This document shows positions 12,400-25,398 of a stretch of DNA of 64,000 bases, piece by piece. A program made the position numbers and the translations under genes. The notes below the pieces were generated by a model. It saw nothing but the letters and a program-made list of their open reading frames with translations. It searched no databases and was not told the DNA's origin. Origin of the DNA: Amphiscolops sp. MND2022 (lineage: Eukaryota); contig OZ076419.1 in assembly GCA_964187785.1 (NCBI GenBank), forward strand, positions 39,122,001 to 39,186,000, written 5' to 3'. How positions within the stretch are numbered: position 1 is the first letter of the stretch; each line of letters begins with the position of its first letter.

Positions 12400-14400
12400 G
12401 GAAATGTTGAATCCAAGATACATTGTTTGAATAGCAGAAATTAGGAACAACACGGAATACCAGAGAAAAGATAAAGATTACTGCACCTCGATGAAGACAT
12501 AAAACATTATCAAGTCAAGATGAAAATTCATAGTTTTTTTAATATGAGTTTCTTTCTCAGAAGCAGTCTCTCCAATGAAGCATTCAGGAATGAAGGATGA
12601 ATGAAACATTGGATGAAACTGAAGTTGCCAGTGAACGCTTACTATTGACCCAAAAATTTGAGTTTTTTGATGTTTTCCAAAATCTTTTTTTTTCGATGAA
12701 ATGTTTGCGACCTACTGTTTCGGGGGTCGCATTTGCAGCAAATGTATCTGTAACTTCAGCTCGCAAGACTGATGAAACGTGCCGTTTTTCTTCTTCTCCA
12801 ACTTTGAGAAGTTTAGAGATGAGGTTTTGAACAGCATGGATGCGATGTAGAACCGAAAGTGCAAAGTCATGGATCCAATGATGCTGAAAGTTGATGTTGA
12901 TCAGGATGTTTTCCATGGTCTAATGGGTTCAGTTCTTTTTCAAGTTTGGGTGTGGGTGTCATTTGTTTTGCAATTAGTTTTGAAATGTTGACAATTTGAT
13001 TCAAATCTTTTGTCTTCGGAGCTTCGTCGAGTAATTCTCGAACATGACGGTGTGTTTCTACTCCAGCCAATGACTTTGAGTTGGAGTATGGCAATTTTTA
13101 GTTAAATCAAGTAATTCATTTGAGATGGTAAAGGACCTGGAAGTTTTATTTTTCTTCCTAAACTGATACTTGTGCACAAGTACTTAAATCACTTCGAACT
13201 TTTACTTTTGATGATATCAGTTGTTTGCTGTACGCCAATGTAAAAATACAAATGTATATCCTTTGTATGATTTAAGGTCAGTTGCTGTCGTGGCACCAAT
13301 AGTCGTTTCTCTGAACGAAAAGTATGCTGATGCTGGATCATATACCAAAAAGTAGTCATATTTTATCTCCTTGATCTAGAGCTGGTGAGAAAATTGCATC
13401 GGTCGCGCATACACAAAGAGCGTCTACGCTTGTTTCAGAAAACAAAGTAGTCAGACATGAACTGTTCCCTAGGTCTGTCGGAATCGTTTACGAAATTTTT
13501 ATAACTTCACGGTTTATATACAGGGTGAAAGCTCGAAACATTTTTGAGCATTTTTCACATGGAGGCACTTTATCTCTGGTCAATCTCCAACTCTCAGTTT
13601 AGTTTAACATTTTTGAAGCAATTGCATTTTTTCAGCTAGGGACAAAACTTTTGTCGGTAAGTGTAAAAACACTACACGTTTAACAGCACAAACCAGATGT
13701 CAAGGTCTAACTCCAGTTCACAAAGGTGCTTGTCGAGCTTCCATAATCGGATTGGAAGGCAACATGAAATCATTTCGGCAGATGTTTTGAATTTTCTAAG
13801 AACAATCTCGTACCTTCTCCAAATCTCGCCATTTTAGCAAGGGTTTCTTCTTCCTCGATTTGCAACTGACACACTGTTTCCACAGTTGAACTCCGTATTT
13901 TGCCTTGAGCAAAATCTCATCCTGTTGTCAAAGGTCTTGCTGTATTAGTTGAAGCAACGAATGATGATATAAAAAACAAGAGATACTGAAACACCAAAAC
14001 AATTGCGATAGGATGACAATTTTGACACTTTTTACGAAGAGTGAAATGGTAAAAGCAACTGTCCTTTAGGTCAAGGGTTTAAGGAATCACGACTGAGAGA
14101 GATGCAATAGACGCAAGAAAAGAGAGAAAATTGATAAAAACCATACTACCTTCGAAAAGTACAGCGAAATATTCAAAGTTCTCGTTCCATCACAAAAGTA
14201 AATACTTTTCTGACTTTGACTGTACAGTGCGTTTACTCGTGTTCGATTTGTCATTAATAGCAAAGACGTTCCAGATTCTAACGCTTTGTGATTCTGGCCT
14301 GGTGATTCTTCACCTTGCGATAATGTTTCGTCGGTTGTTTTACGTATAACAACGCTTCTCTGGATTGCCAAGAAATGTTTATTTTCAAACCACTATCGAA
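12400..14400 (-). pseudogene. Unidentified decayed coding tract
   Basis: Collinear minus-strand ORF fragments (12584-12916, 12867-13094 and protein-like stretches such as KYDYFLVYDPASAYFSFRETTIG); no recognisable family motif. Confidence 0.3.
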
Positions 14401-14981
14401 GTACAGGTGTTTTGTTGTTAGAACGATGTTCAAAAACTTTCTTACTTCCCGTCTTGCTAGGCCGTGCGTATCAACGTGCTCTTTGGAAATTACCCAAAAC
14501 GAAGAAAAGCTATCGGAACGTCTATCAGAAGAACTGTCACATAGATATTTTGTCTAGCATAATTTTGTTTTCCTGATTAGTTTTTAAAAACTTCCATAGA
14601 ATTTAATTCTATGTGTACTCTACGAAAAATGGCAAAAAAAGTACGAGAATACCAAGAAAATTTTAATCTTGAAGTCAGAGTTCGGAGAAGTTTGCTCGCT
14701 TGAGTAAGTTGATTTGTGACTGCATGGCGTAGTGATTCACTGCAAAAAAGGCCGCTTGTCTCTGTTTGACTTCATGTGCCATTCTTTTTTAGTTGGCGCT
14801 TTTCTTAAGAAAAGAGCCGGACTATTACAGTCACTCGTTTTTCTCCAAGACAGGCTCGAAGCGACGAACGTTAACGTTTTGTTCAGTTTTTCCAACTAAA
14901 GGAAACTAAACGAGTACCCGTTGCGGGAAGTTAACGCATCTAAGTACTTCCAAAGGGTTTCCCTTTGGTTTTTTTTACTAT

Positions 14982-15003
14982 CATTACAGTGCATCTGCAA
15001 GCT
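14982..15003 (+). repeat. Left terminal inverted repeat
   Basis: cattacagtgcatctgcaagct; TTTTCTG(T/A)GCGT also shared just inside both ends; subterminal TTGCGGAA/TTCGGAAT at about 15093, 15117 and 15162. Confidence 0.85.
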
Positions 15004-15539
15004 AAATCGCCACAGACACTTTTCTGTGCGTGTATGTCCTCCGATTCCGCAGACATGTCTTAAAGCGTGTAAAATTGGCAACTTAGCACTGATTTTGCGG
15101 AATCCACGCCACGAATTTTTCGGAATCCGTGGGCATGGGTTAATACGTTAGCTGGTTTCAAATTGCGGAAACTGGGACCAAAAAAATATGCCGACAAATG
15201 CCAACACGATGCCGCCAAATTCGTGTCTTGGATTCCACAAAGTGCATTACAACCAATCAGATGCCTGCAAATTTTAGCGTCTTAGTTTCCACTTACATTT
15301 AAATTAGCTGAAATCAAATTTATTAAGCCAGAGAGTAAATACAAAGTCAATTTACACAAACAAGTTACAATCAATGTCTCCCTTTCCGTAAAACTGTCGG
15401 CTTCTCTTCCTTTCATCTATACTATACTATACTACTATATTATGGTACTACAATTATACCAACTGCATTTGAATTTGAAAAAATGAAATTTGAAAATGAA
15501 TTTGAAAAAACGAAAAAGGAAAATTTCTTTCAACACTTT

Positions 15540-15966
15540 ACTATAGTGGAAAATATTTATACTGATTGTATATAGTGATATACATTAGTGAAATACATTC
15601 ATACCAGCTAGAATAAATTAAATTAAAAATAAAATTTTTAGTTTTAAAAAAAAGTGGAAATCGGGAGATTTTGGTTCCAATCGTGGATCGAATTGTGAAG
15701 TTGTTTAGATAAATAAAAATAAAAATTTGATTGAAATAGTCAATTAGAATGCAATTGAAAAGATTCAGGTTACGTGTACTATACTTAACTATAATGTTCA
15801 CTATACTACATCATATCGGAATATTTTTATACTACAGTGATACACAAGAGTGAAATACTACATTTATACTGGAATAATTTTTAATTTATACTGGAAAATT
15901 AAAAACTTATTTGAATAATTAAAGTGGAGAAACGGGGAGATTTTGGTTCCAATCGTGGGTCGAATC
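15540..15966 (+). repeat. Degenerate ~270-bp direct duplication
   Basis: Both units contain agtgatatac/agtgatacac, agtgaaatac and aaagtgga..gggagattttggttccaatcgtgg.tcgaat (15669 and 15941). Confidence 0.6.
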
Positions 15967-16282
15967 TGAGCAAAATTAATCAATATCTATTGGACGGTCA
16001 ATAAATTATTGCAAAAACTAATTTTTAGAAAGCTTTTCACTATGAATAATTTATTTATGAAGAATTTATGAAAATAATAAATAAAATAATTTATTAGTTA
16101 TGTAATATATACCTCAATTTATTTTTTAAACAAGTCTTACAATTATTTATTGGTTAGTTTTAGCAATAAAATTACCTATTGTATCGTATCAATAAATATA
16201 AATACAATATTGCGCACCCCTGATGATTGTTATTGCCTTATCGGTCATCGCTTGAAAGTTCACAGTTTCAACCGTGGCTTAC

Positions 16283-16446
16283 CAGCGTCGCGTATCAGCG
16301 GCTCGTATCAAAATCATAACTGTTACAATCGTGAGTATTTTCCTTGCTAATCAGCGGCGCGTAACAGCAACTCGTATCAAACATGACTGTTCCAACTTTG
16401 GGTGATTCCTATTGGCTAATCAGCGGCTCGTATCAGCGGCGCGTAT
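16283..16446 (+). promoter_or_regulatory. Three tandem pairs of a 13-mer CAGCGGC(T/G)CGTAT at 69-bp spacing, upstream of the ZnF-JmjC gene
   Basis: Pairs start at 16283, 16352 and 16421; about 210 bp upstream of the ATG at 16655. Confidence 0.55.
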
Positions 16447-16654
16447 CACGCATATCAACTGACCGACCGGCAGTTTTCATTGTCAACTTGTTTTCCTACC
16501 GTTCAGACTGTACTGTTAACTGACTCTCTCAATCTCATTAACAAGCCAAATCTTAGAATCTCTCATTAACAACTCAAAGTATAGCAGACACCCAACAGCC
16601 AGCAGCCGATAAAACCCTCAGCTAATCAACGGATATAACCCGGAGCCAATCATA

Positions 16655-19600
16655 ATGGTAAGTTGACTTATTCGTTTTCGGAAATAAATTTTTGGTTGAA
16701 AAAATGTCTATAAATTGATTTTGGTTATGGATTTTTTAAAGATTGGTTCCAAGCTTGGGCCAAATGGAATCCCCAAGAAGATCAGATCAAATAATATGAG
16801 AATGAAAACTTCAAAAACAAACTAGAAAGGTTTTGAATTCACAGAAAAAAAGTAGACACTTTTATGCCCAAAATCTTTCACAATCCAACAATTCTCTTGA
16901 TTTCTACTTGTTTCAATTTTAATCCCAAATTCCCAGGAACTGTTTTTGGATTTTATAAGGAAATTATCAGTTTAAAATCAACTGCCCCTTTGGGTCGTTA
17001 TAAAAGCACCGTTCTGTAATTGATTTTACAATTTAGAAACAGATTCTGGTTCAATGTTTAGGGCAGTTTTTTCTAACAGTGTCCTGATAACTTTCAAATT
17101 GTTTTACGCAGATTCTCTCCCAAAAAATGTTTGTTTAATGATATAATTTTATACTTGTTTAAAAGTTAATTTATGAAACTTTTGTTTAATAAATACTGGG
17201 GGACTTAAATCGATGGGGGGATGAACCGGAATACTTTTTTAAAAGTTAATTTATAAAACTTTTATTTAATAAATACTGGGGGATTTAAATCGATGGGGGG
17301 ATGAACCGGAATACTTTTTTAAAAGTTAATCTATAAAACTTTTGTTTAATAAATGCTGGGGGACTTAAATCGATGGGGGGATGAACCGGAAAGATCCAAA
17401 CTTTCTCGTAAACAATTTTGTCTTTGTTATTTGAACTAATATAAATTTCATGATATTTGCTCTTTTAGAACTCATATTTTCAAATTGTTACAGCCGAAAT
17501 CGAAGAAAACACCTGCAAGTACTTCTGAGCAAGCTGCCGGACCCAGCGGACCCAGCACTTCGCAGAATTTTAGATCCCGCAAGGACTCATCTGACTCATC
17601 ATCAGAACTGTTCCTTGGTAAGTTGTTAATTCCTGAGTTACTTTTTCTTGACTATCAGTGAAATAGGTCAAAAAAGTATCAAACTGCTGAAACGGGTAAC
17701 TTCAACTGCGAATGTGAAACATGTTTGAAGTTTTGATGAACGTTTCTTTACTTTGTTCTGGTTTTATTTGTATTGAAATTTTGAGGCTGTATGAACAGGG
17801 GTGTTCAAAAAAAGGCGTTTTTTATTCTTTAGAACAGATTTATTTATCTTCGTTTGCAGAATTGAAATATGCCATGGTAATTATGGTAAAAATTGGGGGC
17901 GTCTTTCAACTTTTTCCATTAACTCAGTACTTCGAATCCATTATTTGATTCCATTAATTGCCAATAATTTTCACGCAAATATGGCCCGAACACCCCTGTG
18001 TATGAGTCTTCATTTTTTGTATATATTTTCATCTTTGTTTTATTTATCAGGTCATCTCTGCACAATCGGTGCTTGCGACAATTATGCCCAAACTCGAGAA
18101 GCCCTTTCTGTTCATGCCCGCACTTGCCCTGGTTTGTCAGAAAACCAATAATGACAACTCTGCGACGAATTTCGAGATACGACTCCGCCACCTAAAAATT
18201 GTAAGACTTCCATTTACTCGTTCTTGTACTCGTTTTGACAATTCCAATTGACAAGCGACAATATCCTTTTTTGTAATTGAAAATGGATTGATAAAAAGTT
18301 TGACAAATCAAACATCACGTGGATCACTATATCATGTACACCATTTTTCAAAGTTTTGAGCAATCTAAATGAAACCTTTCAATTTTGTAACTCGTGGAAA
18401 ACGATCTGATTTTGGTATGTATTTTGTATGTATAGGTATGGTTTTTTATTTGAGTTCTTCATCTCGTATAATTCAAAAGGCTATGTTTAGGTTTCCCGTG
18501 TCCGAATTGCGACTACGTTGCTGGAAAAAAATGGCACTTAACCCGTCATCGTCCAGGATGCAAAAGTGTCAGCAAGCAGGAACAAGTTGCGCAGAATTTG
18601 ACGTGCGAGAAATGTGGTCAGATTTTCACGACCAAAAAAAGTAAAGAGCGCCATCAAAGGAAAGCCAAATACTGCACGAAACAACAAGAAAAGATTGCTG
18701 CTGGAGAAGAAGTCAGAATGTACCAATACCGTTAGTGTTCAGATTGTTTCCAGGATTTTGTTTGTTCATGTTTTGAAATATTTTACGGTCTTGAACCGAT
18801 TGTCGTATGCAATAGAAAAAAGAAGGAAAATGTTTTTCTGGTGTGAAAAGGAAGGTCTAAAAAACACAATTTTTCGGAAAGGATTTTGGTTCCAATCATG
18901 GGTCATACCATGAAAGCATTCATGAAATCTTTGGAAGATGTTTGGTTCCAACCATGGGTCATACTAAAATGGAAATTCATGAAAGAAAAGGTTTTGGAAA
19001 TTCATTTGAAAAAATGTCTTTGAAATTACAGAAGCTGCGAGAGGAAAAAGAAGAAGCCGTCACTTCTGCGTTTCGTGTGGGACCTCATTCGGGTACGGGT
19101 ACAGCCTGAGGAACCACATCGCGAGATCAGTCAAATGTCAAATTGCCCAACCACCGATGCCACTTGATTTGACATTCAATTCTGGGACTCCAGTGGCCCC
19201 ATTTGGCACCCAAGAGCACTTCGCATTCTGCGAAAACGTGCCTCTGGAATGTCGATTTTCCTACGCTGAGTGGCAGGGTCCCCATGACAATCAAACCGAA
19301 CACCTGGGTCATCTTCTTCGACATTGTGTCCCTTTGATTTGGAGAAATGGAGCCAAGCAGAGGACTGAAAGTCCTAAAAGTCTCCGCGAAAAAAGACTTC
19401 GTCGCGGAGATCAAACAGCTTCTGCGACCGGTCAACCTTGCTGAACCTGATGCTCCAATTGAAGTCAAGTCAGCCAGAATCGGAGAGGTAAAAACACTTT
19501 TTACTCGTTTGAACCATGTTTAGCATTTAGTAAAAAACAAATTTAGTTGTTCCAAAACACAAACCAATGGTATACCCCTTCAAGTGAGGTTCTGCAATGT

Positions 19601-21700
19601 ATTAGGATTTGTATTTGTTTTCACGCCATGTGTTTAAAGATATGGTCTTGTTTTCCGCATTGCATTCTTTGAGTAAGTCAATTCAAACTTAAAACCGTGG
19701 AAACTAGGACATTCATGGTAACGCGCAATAATGTGTATACCCCTTTGAGTGAAAGTTCGCTATGTATTAGGATTTGAATATGGTTTCCACGCCATGTTTT
19801 CAAAGATATAGTCTTGTTTTCCGCAATGCGTTCTTTGAGCAAGTCAAGTTATACTGAAAATCCGTGGAAACTGGGACAGTTATGTCGAGTTCGTTTTAGT
19901 ACCAATCCAGGGCCGATCTACCTGTGGTGACAAGTACACTGTTGATAACATGAATCAGAACCTTGCCTAGCATCATCATTTAATAGATGTTTTAACAGAC
20001 ACGAGAAATGACGTATGAAAAATTTTTCGGGGAGCTGGCCAACTGTCATCCAGGCAGTCGATATTACCCTTTAAACGTCATCGATGTCAGGACACTCCCC
20101 AAGGCCATATACACAGTACCCGAGATGGTGGCTGACAACTCCATCAACCATTTGGCCGACAGGGAGATCGGGAAGTCGAGAACTGAGCCTTACTCTTGTT
20201 CTACTTCCTATTATGTCCTGGTCACTCAAGATTCTGCGCACACGACGTGGCATCAGGATTTTTCTTCGACGTCTGTGTTTTACACAGTTCTAACTGGAGA
20301 GAAGATTTTCTTTTTAGTGAAACCGTCGAAGAAAAATGTCAGCATTTTTGAAAGATGGTCGAATGCTGAGAACAACACTACGTAAGTAACAAAACTTAAC
20401 TAGCACACCAACTTTATTGTCTTCAAGAACACTGTTCTATTTTCAAAAACAAACAACTATACTTTTTGACTATTATTTTTTGGTGATGGAAAACAACAAG
20501 CAAGCATTTAACATCTCTTTTCAAATAATTAAACTTTTCTTTTAGTTTTCTTCTATTAAAGTCAAAAAATTAGAAAAGCAACTTCGATGTACTTTCAGGC
20601 CAACATTCTTCGGGAACATCGACCAGCTGGAAGAGGGATGTTTGCGGTTGCATGTCACAGCTGGAGATGTTCTAGTCATGCCCGCAAACTTCCTCCACTT
20701 TGTTCTTACGAAAGGCAATGCCATTTCGTCGGGAACAAACTTCCTGGCGTTTGGGCACCTGCCCATGATAAGACACTCAATCATTGTTGAGTTCCCGAAA
20801 AGATCCGATGACAAGTTCCCTGATCTTCCAGAGATGTTGGTACTTCTGATGTACCGTATTGCCGAAAAGCTCTGCCCTCGACTCTGTCGACGCCTGGTGT
20901 CGATGTACAGCACAGTGCAATCAAAATACAATGAACACGCCGCCCGTGAAGTAAGATTGTTAAGCCTTCAGTCTTTGTTTGGTAACAAAACTTCAATTTT
21001 CCATTTTTCCATTTTCCATTTTCAATCATTTCCATTTTGGTTCCAATCGAGGGTCATTTTCTAGTTCGAAAACTTATGTTTATGAACAAGTCTTGCTTTT
21101 TTCAAGACTTCAAAACACATATTGGTCATTTTCTACATTCATGTCTGACTGATATACACGCAAGTAAAGCACAACTGAGTGAAATTTTGTGCTTCTACGT
21201 CAATAAGTTTATAATAAACAAGAACATTACCATAATAATTTCGTTTTTTTTTCAATTGAAGGTTTGCTCTCCAGGTTGAAAGTTTGATTTTTACGTTTTA
21301 CAGGTGCTACCCGATTTCAGTCCTGAAAGACTTCACATCGTATTGTGCAAAAAAAGCCTCAGTGACACTGCGTGAGCCACCAAGCAGCAGCCGCAATTAT
21401 TTGAGCGAGCATCCCGAAAAGAATACTGACCCCAGTAAGGCTCTTACTGTTCCAGAGCATGTGCCCATCGCTGTTGACCCCTACACGAAAGCGTACGAGG
21501 AAGTAATGACGACAACGGATTTACTAGAACTCGAATCAAGACCCGCAATGATGATTACCCATGTTAAAGGCAGGGGAAGAACTGTCTTGCCGGCAAAGAT
21601 GGTAGATCCATCTTTGCACCCGAAACGCTGTCCTCTTGTTGCTGCTATTACGGGAATACGCTCAATCCCCCTTGAACTAGATATTTTAGATTTAGATTAA
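16655..21700 (+). CDS. Multi-exon C2HC zinc-finger plus JmjC histone demethylase (KDM2/KDM7-like), with a few frameshifts
   Basis: ATG|gtaagt at 16655; exons with CTIGACDNYAQTREALSVHARTC (18051), CPNCDYVAGKKWHLTRHRPGC and CEKCGQIFTTKKSKERHQRKAKYC (18491), CVSCGTSFGYGYSLRNHIARSVKC (19032); JmjC TTWHQDFSSTSVFYTVLTGEKIFFLVKP spliced in frame (GT 20382, AG 20598) to GDVLVMPANFLHFVLT..SGTNFL; AATAAA near 21738. Confidence 0.85.
17161..17390 (+). repeat. 80-bp tandem repeat, ~2.9 copies, intronic
   Basis: Unit aaaagttaatttat.aaacttt..tttaataaatactgggggac/tttaaatcgatggggggatgaaccggaatactttttt starts at 17161, 17241 and 17321. Confidence 0.92.
19560..19915 (+). repeat. ~165-bp internal repeat array 1 (inside JmjC-gene intron 19488-19970)
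   Basis: Core tgtattaggatttg..tggtttccacgccatgtgtttaaagat..gtcttgttttccgcattgc..ccgtggaaact.ggaca; period 165 (19598 to 19763). Confidence 0.9.
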
Positions 21701-21944
21701 ACTGTAGATTCAGATTTAGATTTTCAGCATCATACAAATAAATGACAAAAAATTGCAAAGTACCTGACAACCTGTTTTATTCAGTGACGAGCGCAAGAAG
21801 TTTAATTTGAAAACGAAATGAAAAAAAACCTCAATTGTTCAAAACATGCCTTGAAACATTTGGACGTCTAATGCAATAAATTCCAAAAAAGAATAATAGG
21901 AGAAAAATCAGGAGTATACCTCATGAATGAATTTCCGCCAGGTA

Positions 21945-22235
21945 AAAACGCAATGGAAACCAGGACATTTATGGTAACGCACAATCATGTGTATACCCTT
22001 TTGGGAGAAAGTTCGCAATGAATGTATTAGGATTTGTATTTGGTTTCCACGCCACGTGTTTAAAGACATGATCTTGTTTTCCGCATTGCATTCTTTGAGT
22101 AAGTCAGTTCAAACTTAAAACCGTGGAAACTAGGACATTTGTGGTAATGCGCAATCAATTTCTGGAAACCAAGACAAACGAAAGTTCGCCGAAACAGCGC
22201 CCAATATTGTGTGCTTTTTGATACCAATCTATGAT
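21945..22235 (+). repeat. ~165-bp internal repeat array 2 (between the convergent JmjC and transposase 3' ends)
   Basis: Same core (ggtttccacgccacgtgtttaaagac near 22042; ccgtggaaactaggacatt near 22121). Confidence 0.88.
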
Positions 22236-22360
22236 AAGTAAAACACTTCCTTAGTTTCGTAGGATCATCACAATAAACCTAATGAAAATATTTATTTTTT
22301 GAAGAATTTGTTGAATAGTTTCAAGTTCGGGTAACATATGAATTAGAAGAGAACAGTAAA

Positions 22361-25300
22361 TCAAAACGAAAGTTGTTTAAAAATGCCATCACGGTATCTC
22401 TTGGGAGCGACAATCGCAGATACACCTTCACCCAGTGTTTTTCCACTGCATTGGTCCAAAAACAAAGGTCTTTTGTCGTTGACACGATTTTCAACAAGTT
22501 TGGATCCGGGCTGAAGAATGTATGGCTCCGGGTCAAACAGCCTTTTTTTCTCGTCAACTTCGTATACAAAATCGATGTTCAAGAATTTGAAGCCCCCAGC
22601 TGCGAACCGTTTCGCTATTTTGGAATATTATGATGGTTCATTTCCACCCTCCCGTGTTGCTGATGCCCCTCTTTTCCTTAGTTTCTTCATATCGTTAATT
22701 GCCTCTGTGGAACCGGTACCTAAGATTAGGTCTTTTTCGTCCTTGACGAGAACAAAACAATTGGGGAGCTGTGAAAGGGTGCTCATCAACACGTCAGCTT
22801 GTTCATTTTCTAGAATAGTTCTTCCCATATTGATAATCACTTGTTTCACCATGTCATGTGTTAGAGTATGTTTTTTCCAACTACCCAAGCGACCAAGCAG
22901 ACAAAATCCTAATCCACTTAAAAGATTTTCTGGACATCCAATGGCGATAGTTGTTACCGGTGGTTCTTTGCGGCAAATATCAAGGTACTCAGGTCCCGGA
23001 ACGTCAATGCCCATCACTTTTGTTGCACTATGAAGTATACTCATTACGCTGTTTGAGGTACTTTTCGAAACTGTCTGATAGTTCTTTCTGTTTCCAGTCA
23101 CAATATGGTCATCAAAGTAAACCTGTGTTGTTGCGTTTTGTTCAGGTTCCATGATAATCTTAGAAGTTGGTTCAGCGTCCGACCCTTTGTCTTCAAATTC
23201 AACTGCGAATCTTAAAAATTTGAAGAAAGAAAAAAACGACTCGAGGAATAGTGGATGCTTGTGATAAATCTTACCCCCTCCGCGCATTGTTTTCGTCTGG
23301 AAGCCACGATTAGCTTGGTGGTTCGATTTTTCAAGACCTTCACACAAATGATCAAATGGTCTTTTTATGTATCCACTCTCAACAAGTTGAGGAAACATCA
23401 GCATTTTCAATTTATAGGGTGTCAAACCAGCATGCCCGAAGATCAAGATATTGATTTGGTAATAAACTTCAGCCCAATTTTTGAACGTTTCACTGTTGAA
23501 TTCTTCTGCTCGCAGACATAAAACACATTGATTTAAACTCGATCGCAGGAGTTCGCAAGCATCAAAAGCAGATATGAATATGTCATTGGACCCTTTTTGC
23601 TTGAGGTTATCTTTATTGAAAAGTTTAGGAAACCAGTTTGTTAGGATATTAACGCAAGGGACATTTGCGTTTTCTTCACTGCCAACAATGATATCTTCGG
23701 GACCCCGAAAACCATCGTAAAAATCGCTAATTTTACCGTCCTTCACACCTGCAAGCTCCTCTTTATCAGCAATGACTGCTAGAGCACTACCACCTGCGAG
23801 GGATACTGCACCTACAGTACCGATACACGAACCACTTCTATGAGATATAATGAACTGAAAGTATAGTCTCTTCGCATCTCTTCTTGTCAAATTTTCTTCA
23901 AGCTGGCGAATTGCTACATCATGATTGGGATACTTTTCTCTGATAATTTTCTGTGCAATTCTTTGGAGGTCATTTTCAACACAACGGGTGGTCATATGCG
24001 TGGCATCAGGACAAACTGATTGTATATTTTCGTAGAAGACCAAGGAAGATTTTGGAAGATACTTTCTGAAGGGTATAATAACATCAGATCGTAGACCAGT
24101 TTCATGATGACATTTTGTTGGTGTGTAGTCAAGTTCTGTTACATAGAGTGGCATTTTCGATGGGCTAGCTGATTCATTTGTGATACCGAGCACCAATTTC
24201 ATTAAAAACGGCGAATCGCCACTGTATGTCAAAATAACTCCGCGTTTTGACAGTTCCTGGGTCTTCATAAATAGCCAACCAGACTCTTGAACTCCAGCTA
24301 TAGTTGGCCCAATGTTTTGCTCCATTGCGAACCTACTATCTTTACCCCTGTATGCAGCAAAACAGAATACTGCATCTGATGATTGACACTTTATTTTGTC
24401 GGTAAGGATCCGGAATGCAATTCGTGTTGTTTCGACACCTCCAATTTCACAACCATATCCCCAAATATCAACTCGTTGGCCACTGAGTTCTTTCGTTCCA
24501 AATGAGAAGTATGACACCGTCTCCACGCATTTTATGAGGTTGCAGCGAAAACCAGAGAAGGTTCTTTCTGGCTCACACATTGCTGTAAAGTAGGACTGAA
24601 TTTCGGATGACGACTTCTTGACCAATCGAATGCATGGGACTAAGTTGTATCCGAGTCCAACAATTGAAAGTCTTGTTCGAATAACTTTTATAACATCTTC
24701 CGTGTTACCCGTTTTCGTGACAAGAGATAAATGGTGCCTGAACTCATCAGTAGATCCTCTTTTTTTGAATAGACCTTCTACAATTTTTTTGACTAAGTTT
24801 GGTTCCTCTTTATTTGTGAATCGTTGATCGTTTCTCTTATTTGCAGAGCTTTTGATTTTTTTAATGAAACTGTTGAACCCAACTTCTGACATCAGATCTG
24901 TTCTAATTGGACCAGTTTGTTCATGTTTGACTTTTTTGGCGTCTGATATTTCTAGCTTTCTTTCTTTTGAGAGAGAATTGTCACTGACTTGACCTTCAGG
25001 GGCCGCATATTCAGGAGTCACATCTGCAGGTGTCGCAAGAGTGTCTTTCATGTAAGGATTGTGATATGGTATGACATCATTATTGAAAAACAAACTGACA
25101 AACTCTCTTCTGGCTGAGTTCCAAGGGAAGTCTTTAAATCCACGCAGTTGAAGTAGTTTTGCCAATTTTGCTGCTATAAATACAGGGGGGTTTTCTGGCC
25201 TTTAACAGCAATTCTCCGAAAGAATTCTTTTGGATTTAAATTTGTCTCCGTCAACATTTCCCCAACAAGTGTCTCGAACTTCCGAAATTTATTCGGTATT

Positions 25301-25398
25301 TCTTTTCCGGATATATCGTCAAAAAGTCGACAGTTAGCGAAGAGTTTCCCATTTTCCACTTCGATATTATTTCTTTCCAAAATTGACAGTGGAGTCAT
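22361..25398 (-). CDS. RAG1/Transib/Chapaev-like DDE transposase (~920+ aa), disrupted
   Basis: 845-aa ORF joined to the upstream 74-aa ORF by a 1-nt indel in a C6 run (25185-25190). RAG1-like motif order: RVDIWG[Y]GCEIGG (D1 position), AYRGKDS, LTYSGDSPFLMKLVLG (D2), CPDATHMTTRCVE, LTPYKLKMLMFP, CEGLEKSNH (E). Frameshifted tail at 22361-22582. Confidence 0.72.

Noticed and set aside
16655-22628. RAG2-like partner convergent with the RAG1-like gene (ProtoRAG layout)
   Set aside because: The convergent gene is ZnF-JmjC; no kelch-repeat or PHD pattern seen
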